Below are positions 58,666 to 64,000 of a DNA stretch of 64,000 nucleotides, in pieces; position 1 is the first letter of the stretch, and each line of letters starts with the position of its first letter. Under the pieces are notes generated by a model, which saw only the letters and a list, made by a program, of their open reading frames with translations, was not told where the DNA came from and did no database searches. The stretch is from Pseudomonadota bacterium (GTDB lineage Bacteria > Bdellovibrionota_C > UBA2361 > OMII01). The DNA lies in the NCBI GenBank assembly GCA_027485595.1, contig JAIXQT010000075.1, forward strand, positions 44,589 through 108,588, written 5' to 3'. The position numbers were made by a program, and so were the translations under genes.

Positions 58666-61600
58666 TTGCCATTTTTTGTATGCGACGCATCCCCTCCGTT
58701 TCGGCAATGCGGGGAAAGCATGGGGCACTTAATACAAATACGGAGCTTGAAGCCGATGGCGGCGCTGATCGTCATCGCCGTTGTGGTCGGACTTATTGCG
58801 CTGCCCAATCTACGGCAGCGGCCCCAACTTCCGATTGACGTACGCAAGGTGAGCTCTCTTGAGGAAATATCATTCAATCCAGAGGGAACGTGGAAGGTCA
58901 CTCTCAACGAGGGAGAGACGCTCAAAGAGTACGAGGTCTATGACGCATCAGGGCGAGTAAATCTCTCTCGAGCGAAGTCAATCCTTGCCTACTTTTGGGA
59001 TAGAGTGATTTTCAGTGAAACCTTAGATGTCGAGGGAGAGAATCTTGCGATATTTAGGGTCTCTACAACAGCAGACGGAGATCTCAAGAGCTCGCCCGTA
59101 TTCCGCCGAAGCTATAAACTCTTCGGTATCTCCTCAACCGGCAAGCTCGTCGGCTTTCGGGATGTACAGGGCTCTCTCCCCTCAGGGGCACCCGAATTGC
59201 TCTTCAACTTCGGGCCATTTCTCAAAGGGGGCGCCACCAACATCGGCAGTGGGTCTATCAGCATCCCCCTCGAGATTTCCCAGAAAGAGGATGCTCTCCG
59301 CGTACGAAGCATTGGTCAAACGACCGAGCCGCAAGCGTTTGTGGCCGCCACTGTCAAAACCCCCTCCGGCATCAAGGTCCGCGGGTACCTCATAAAACTA
59401 TCAGGAGCATCCCTGGCTCTTCCATCCCTCGATCAGGTTGTGGACAACGCGCAGAAGGGGGTCGTAGCAGAGACGATCACCGCACCAACTTACAAGAGCA
59501 AGGATGCTCAGGGCTCAAGAGACCTCGGCGGCTCACCAACCACGGGCTCGAACGGCCCCTCAAAGGACAAAGGAAAGGTCTCGATTGACTCAGTAAACGC
59601 TTCGGCTTCAGTCCGTACCCCGACAAGAACACCGACCGTGACGCCAACCCATACCCCGAGCCGAACTCCCACCAGAACACCGACGGCGACTCCGACAATG
59701 ACCCCTACTCGCACACCGACGGTAACACCGACCACCACTCCGAGCCGCACGCCGACGAGGATTCCAACGGCCACTCCGAGCCGCACGCCCACACGTACCC
59801 CAACGGCACCTCCAACAAGAACACCTACTCAAACACCAACCGCGACGCCTACAGCGACCCCCACGCGGACTCCAACTGCCACACCCACGAAAAAATGTGG
59901 TGATGGAGTTAAAAATATTGGAGAGGAGTGTGACAGTGGTAATAAGAATTCAAATTTAAGCGATCAATGTAGAACTGATTGTAGGATGCCAAAGTGTGGG
60001 GATGGGATAAAAGATAGCAATGAAACTTGTGACATTAATGATTTTAAAGGATTGGTAAAACCGAAAAAAATGCCAGAGGATGTTTTCGCGCAAAAAGTTT
60101 GTCATTCATCATGCAATATTGTCACTTATCCAAATTATTGTGGTGATTGGATAACAAATATTGATTTAGGAGAAGAATGTGATCATGGCGAAAATAACTC
60201 TAATTTAGGTTATGAATGTAGAACTAATTGCACAGTGCCAAAATGTGGTGACGGAATAAAAGATTTAAATGAAGCCTGTGACATTGGCGTACTAAATAAA
60301 GATAGTTTTAGTGGCTGTGATACAAAATGCAGAACGACAATTTGTGGAGATGGAAACGTTACAGGTGCTGAAGAGTGTGACGACGCGAATACGAATGATA
60401 CAGACAATTGTACCAATGTATGCCGGCAATCAAGATGCGGTGATAATATAAAAAATGGACAAGAAATTTGTGACGCGAATGATTTTGCGGGAATAATAAA
60501 ACCAGAAAATATGCCCGAAGATGTTTTTGCAAAAAAAATCTGTGATTCATCATGTAATCTTTCTTATCCAGAACATTGTGGTGATGGAATAAAAAATGTT
60601 GATGAAGAATGTGATACTAATGATTTTAGAGAAGTAATTAAGTCTGAAGAAATGCCAGATATTATCTTCAGAAATAAAAAATGTGACTACAATACATGTA
60701 AGGTTATCTACGAACCATTATGTGCAAAAGGTCAAGTTTTGAATTGTATAGATGAGTGTCCTAGCGATTCTAACAAAGCCGACCCTGGAGTCTGTGGCTG
60801 CGGAGTAACAGATACCGATACCGATACCGATGGTGATGGAACAGTAGATTGTATTGATGAATGTCCTGAAGATAGTAATAAAAATAAAGTTGGAGGTGGA
60901 TGTGGGCTCGTTGATATCGACTCAGATAACGATGGTACTCCTGATTATAAAGATCAGTGTATAGAAGATGCTAATAAACATGACTCTGGACAGTGCGGTT
61001 GTGGTGTAGCGGATCTGGATTCAGACCGAGATGGCACTGCTGATTGTAAAGATGAATGTCCTGATAATGCTTCATTAACAGCAAAAGGAATATGTGGATG
61101 TTCAGGAGATGAGGATTCAGATGGAGATGGTACTCTTAATTGTGAAGATCAGTGTGTATCAGACAGCAAGAAAACATCACCAGGACATTGTGGATGTGGC
61201 AATGCAGATTACGTTGTAGATGACCAACCAAGTTGCTCTAAACATGTACTTGCACTAGAGCCAGCACCAACTGCCACACAAACACCGACACCTGAAACCT
61301 CTCAGGGAACTCAGCAAAAATGTTGTGTTTGTTTATATGAAGAAGAGTTTAAATCTGAGTGTGGAGTTTGGAGAAATAAAACTGGAGGTTGTACTAGTGG
61401 TGGTGATTATCCATTGAGTAGTAGCGAAATGAGTCCTCAAAGTGTTTGTGGAGATGTATCTAATGTAGAAGTTTATACTGCTGCTCATATGGATGAATCT
61501 GATGCAGCGTGTCTTTCAGACATTTCAGAAACTTTAGTTAGCTCATTACCAGCATTAACTTCTTGTCACATAATACTAGATGGATGCAATTCTTTTAATA

Positions 61601-61959
61601 ATATGAATCTAGCTAATGCAGAAGCTAGGAGAATTAGACAATACCTAAATAGTTGTGGACGTACGAATGTAGAGGTAACTATTGAGGGAAATGAAAATAT
61701 TACTTCAGATCTTACAGGGGCTCCTGGTAATACTCGTTGTTCTCCAAGAGGAATTAGAGTTTGTGCACGTACTATTACTGACGTATTACATAAATGTCAT
61801 CCTGCTGGAAGTGACTGTTGGACGGACCCGCAGAATCTAGATAGTAGAACGTGCACTGAGGCTGGAGTGACAAAAACTCAAGTTTGTGTAGCAAATGGTG
61901 GAAACGAAAATAATAATGGGGATGGGAGTGGAGCCGGAACTTGGCAATTTCGAAATTAA
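58666..61959 (+). CDS. Membrane-anchored large cysteine-rich repeat protein (N-terminal TM, unknown domain, Thr/Pro linker, Myxococcus-type Cys-rich repeats, thrombospondin-3-like repeats, novel Cys-rich C-terminal domain); probable start ATG 58720
   Basis: TM helix [17 protein letters not shown]; the TPTRTPT linker; repeated CGDG(I/V)K...EECD modules; TSP3-like [38 protein letters not shown]. From ~59890 onward the DNA is strongly AT-rich. Confidence 0.65.
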   Translation: MPFFVCDASPPFRQCGESMGHLIQIRSLKPMAALIVIAVVVGLIALPNLRQRPQLPIDVRKVSSLEEISFNPEGTWKVTLNEGETLKEYEVYDASGRVNLSRAKSILAYFWDRVIFSETLDVEGENLAIFRVSTTADGDLKSSPVFRRSYKLFGISSTGKLVGFRDVQGSLPSGAPELLFNFGPFLKGGATNIGSGSISIPLEISQKEDALRVRSIGQTTEPQAFVAATVKTPSGIKVRGYLIKLSGASLALPSLDQVVDNAQKGVVAETITAPTYKSKDAQGSRDLGGSPTTGSNGPSKDKGKVSIDSVNASASVRTPTRTPTVTPTHTPSRTPTRTPTATPTMTPTRTPTVTPTTTPSRTPTRIPTATPSRTPTRTPTAPPTRTPTQTPTATPTATPTRTPTATPTKKCGDGVKNIGEECDSGNKNSNLSDQCRTDCRMPKCGDGIKDSNETCDINDFKGLVKPKKMPEDVFAQKVCHSSCNIVTYPNYCGDWITNIDLGEECDHGENNSNLGYECRTNCTVPKCGDGIKDLNEACDIGVLNKDSFSGCDTKCRTTICGDGNVTGAEECDDANTNDTDNCTNVCRQSRCGDNIKNGQEICDANDFAGIIKPENMPEDVFAKKICDSSCNLSYPEHCGDGIKNVDEECDTNDFREVIKSEEMPDIIFRNKKCDYNTCKVIYEPLCAKGQVLNCIDECPSDSNKADPGVCGCGVTDTDTDTDGDGTVDCIDECPEDSNKNKVGGGCGLVDIDSDNDGTPDYKDQCIEDANKHDSGQCGCGVADLDSDRDGTADCKDECPDNASLTAKGICGCSGDEDSDGDGTLNCEDQCVSDSKKTSPGHCGCGNADYVVDDQPSCSKHVLALEPAPTATQTPTPETSQGTQQKCCVCLYEEEFKSECGVWRNKTGGCTSGGDYPLSSSEMSPQSVCGDVSNVEVYTAAHMDESDAACLSDISETLVSSLPALTSCHIILDGCNSFNNMNLANAEARRIRQYLNSCGRTNVEVTIEGNENITSDLTGAPGNTRCSPRGIRVCARTITDVLHKCHPAGSDCWTDPQNLDSRTCTEAGVTKTQVCVANGGNENNNGDGSGAGTWQFRN
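59617..59892. repeat. Thr/Pro-linker coding repeat ((T/R/S)PT)n inside the 58666..61959 gene
   Basis: It encodes [31 protein letters not shown]... The reverse strand yields a spurious GV-rich ORF. Confidence 0.6.
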
Positions 61960-62169
61960 AGTTTAGTTGATCTGCCCCCTCAGTTAGTACCAGCCCTGAT
62001 TAGGTTTCCCAGATATTTTTCCTGCCTAACATATTTATTCATGGCTGTCTTGCAGTCCCTCGGCGTGGTTGAGATTCCGAGTGAGCTATGTCACCGTCCA
62101 CTTTCCGGCGTCCTAGCGACCAAGCATGAGTCTCGTACCCTTGCGCTTCCACGATTAAGGAGGTGCAGG

Positions 62170-62280
62170 ATGAGAAGACCACGACGCACTGAAGAAGAGC
62201 GACGCGCAATAATCGAGCGAACTCTGACAAGCGGACGACCGATAGCTGAGATAGCGGCGGAGGCAGGGATTTCGCGCTAA
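62170..62280 (+). mobile_element. Truncated IS3-family transposase OrfA fragment (HTH region only, about 36 codons)
   Basis: MRRPRRTEEERRAIIERTLTSGRPIAEIAAEAGISR stops where IS3 OrfA proteins continue. AGGAGG lies 7 nt upstream of the ATG. No orfB or inverted repeats were found. Confidence 0.5.
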
Positions 62281-62731
62281 ACGATCCAAAGTTGAATGCG
62301 AACACCGAAGAGTGACAAGGAAGGCTTCATTGAGGTCTCCCCACCCCGCGCTACAGTTGTAGGCCGAAAAGGGGACGTTTCCCCAAAAAAGTAGAGTCCC
62401 CTTTCCCTGTTCATAGGACCAGAGGGCGAAGGAGGTCACAGAGATATTACACGCGCCCCAACAGACTCTCCGTTTTCAACTTGGTCTCCACCGAGACGCG
62501 ATTCCGTCCAGATGAGCGCGAATTTGGTGTTCACGCGATTCCCCCAGGCACGTTTATTTTCGGCGCGTGCACGAAATGGGGGTGAGCCTCTGTTCCATGA
62601 CGAGGCTGATGCAGGGGGGCGTTGCTTGGGGGGACGGGGCAGGGGGGAGGTGGGCGGTCCTTGCCAGAAAAAGGGCAGGAAGTAAGCGAAGCTTGCCATG
62701 AAAGGTAGCGCAACCGTTCTCCTCTTCACCT

Positions 62732-64000
62732 CTACGGCCGTGTCATCTGAATCGGTACTACATACCGATCGAACTCCTCTGCCGTAAGGTATCCGAGGCT
62801 TACAGCAACTTCACGGAGGGTCTTGCCCTCCTTGTGCGCTGTCTTGGCGATGGTGGCAGCTTTGTCGTACCCTATCGTGCCGTTTAAGGCTGTCACGAGC
62901 ATAAGATTCTTCTTCATGTTCTCGTCTATTCGCTCAATGTTCGGCTCGATTCCTCCAGCGCAATGAGTGGTGAAGGTGCGGGAAGCGTCGCTTAAGAGCT
63001 CGATGCTCTCAAGGACGTTATGGGCCATGACCGGCTTGTAAACATTCAATTGGAAATTGCCCTGGCTTCCCGCAAACGCGACGGTCGCGTCGTTGCCGAA
63101 AACCTGAGCGCACACCATGGTGAGCGCCTCACACTGAGTGGGATTTACCTTGCCGGGCATAATCGAGGAGCCGGGCTCATTTTCCGGTATCGTAATCTCT
63201 CCGATTCCACAACGGGGACCACTTGCGAGCCACCGCACATCGTTCGCCATCTTAAAGAGGCCCATAGCGAGGGTTAGGATCGCGCCGGAGGTATTGGCGA
63301 GCGCATCGTGCGCGGCGAGAGCGAAGAACTTATTATCGCACGAGCGGAAGGGGCTCCCGGTGATCTTTCCGATTTGCGCCGCGCATACCTCACCGAACCT
63401 TGGGTGCGCGTTAAGTCCCGTGCCAACAGCGGTGCCGCCAATAGCGAGGTCGTAAAGCCCCCGAGCGTTTTCCTTAATAGAGGCAAGTCCGTAATCAATC
63501 TGAGCAACCCAGCTTCCAATCTCTTGCCCAAGTGTGATCGGGGTTGCGTCCTGGAGGTGTGTACGTCCCGTTTTGACGATGTTTGAGAAGCCTTTCGCCT
63601 TCGCCGCCAGAGTATCGCGCAGTTCGCTCACTGCAGGATAAAGGTTCGCGCTTAATTCCCCCGCCACGGCGATGTACATAGCGGTTGGAAAGGTGTCATT
63701 GGAGGATTGCCCTCTGTTTACATGATCGTTCGGGTGGATGGGCGTCTTGCTGCCGAGGACTCCCCCGCACAATTCAATCGCACGATTTGATATCACCTCG
63801 TTTGCGTTCATGTTCGACTGTGTGCCAGAGCCGGTTTGGAAGACAACGAGAGGGAAGTGATCGTCCAACTGCCCTGAAATTACCTCCTCAGCGGCTTGCA
63901 TAATTGGCCCAGCGACCTGTTCAGATACTTCGCCCAACTCAGCGTTTGCTATAGCTGCCGCCTTCTTGAGAACTCCTAATGCTCGGACGATCGGCCGCTG
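62732..64000 (-). CDS. fumC: Class II fumarate hydratase, C-terminal ~420 aa; 5' end lies beyond the window
   Basis: The [16 protein letters not shown] signature and the fumarase/aspartase fold. The frame stays open to base 64000; the hand translation upstream of the ORF-track start continues ...[22 protein letters not shown]. Confidence 0.9.
   Translation of the reverse strand, partial: QRPIVRALGVLKKAAAIANAELGEVSEQVAGPIMQAAEEVISGQLDDHFPLVVFQTGSGTQSNMNANEVISNRAIELCGGVLGSKTPIHPNDHVNRGQSSNDTFPTAMYIAVAGELSANLYPAVSELRDTLAAKAKGFSNIVKTGRTHLQDATPITLGQEIGSWVAQIDYGLASIKENARGLYDLAIGGTAVGTGLNAHPRFGEVCAAQIGKITGSPFRSCDNKFFALAAHDALANTSGAILTLAMGLFKMANDVRWLASGPRCGIGEITIPENEPGSSIMPGKVNPTQCEALTMVCAQVFGNDATVAFAGSQGNFQLNVYKPVMAHNVLESIELLSDASRTFTTHCAGGIEPNIERIDENMKKNLMLVTALNGTIGYDKAATIAKTAHKEGKTLREVAVSLGYLTAEEFDRYVVPIQMTRP

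Noticed and set aside
1-64000. CRISPR arrays or rRNA genes
   Set aside because: No regularly spaced direct repeats with unique spacers and no rRNA-like sequence were seen. The only tandem repeats are the short coding and low-complexity repeats listed above.

Overview
This is a high-GC bacterial chromosomal segment (high-50s % GC by eye). It is almost certainly from a Myxococcota-type deltaproteobacterium, because two large secreted proteins carry Myxococcus-type cysteine-rich repeats, one of them a delta-60 propeller domain and both thrombospondin-3-like Ca-binding repeats. Roughly half of the window is conserved housekeeping: PBP1A 3' end, cyclophilin, priA, a type IV pilus assembly cluster pilM-pilN-pilO-(pilP weak or missing)-pilQ, accB-accC, dnaX-ybaB-recR, one tRNA-Asn(GTT), an M50 protease, mutM, an H+-pyrophosphatase, ettA, an acyl-CoA desaturase, a fur-family regulator with a His-rich metal transporter, a GH3-family ligase and the fumC 3' portion. 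The rest is lineage-specific or orphan. It includes a VWA-domain membrane protein coupled to a coiled-coil membrane protein; a glutathione peroxidase gene broken by one in-frame TAA; a 784-aa Cys-rich protein with a TadE-like pseudopilin N-terminus and no tad operon; and a 1404-aa cytoplasmic orphan protein read divergently from a PRMT-like (double-E loop) methyltransferase. It also includes a 53-aa plus 202-aa ATGA-coupled gene pair of unknown function and a 1080-aa membrane-anchored cysteine-rich protein. The last ~2.1 kb of that gene is sharply AT-rich relative to everything else, and it is followed immediately by a truncated IS3-family orfA, which suggests a horizontally acquired or swapped C-terminal cassette. 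No CRISPR array, rRNA or intact mobile element was seen. All calls are from reading the sequence and ORF translations; no database search was possible.
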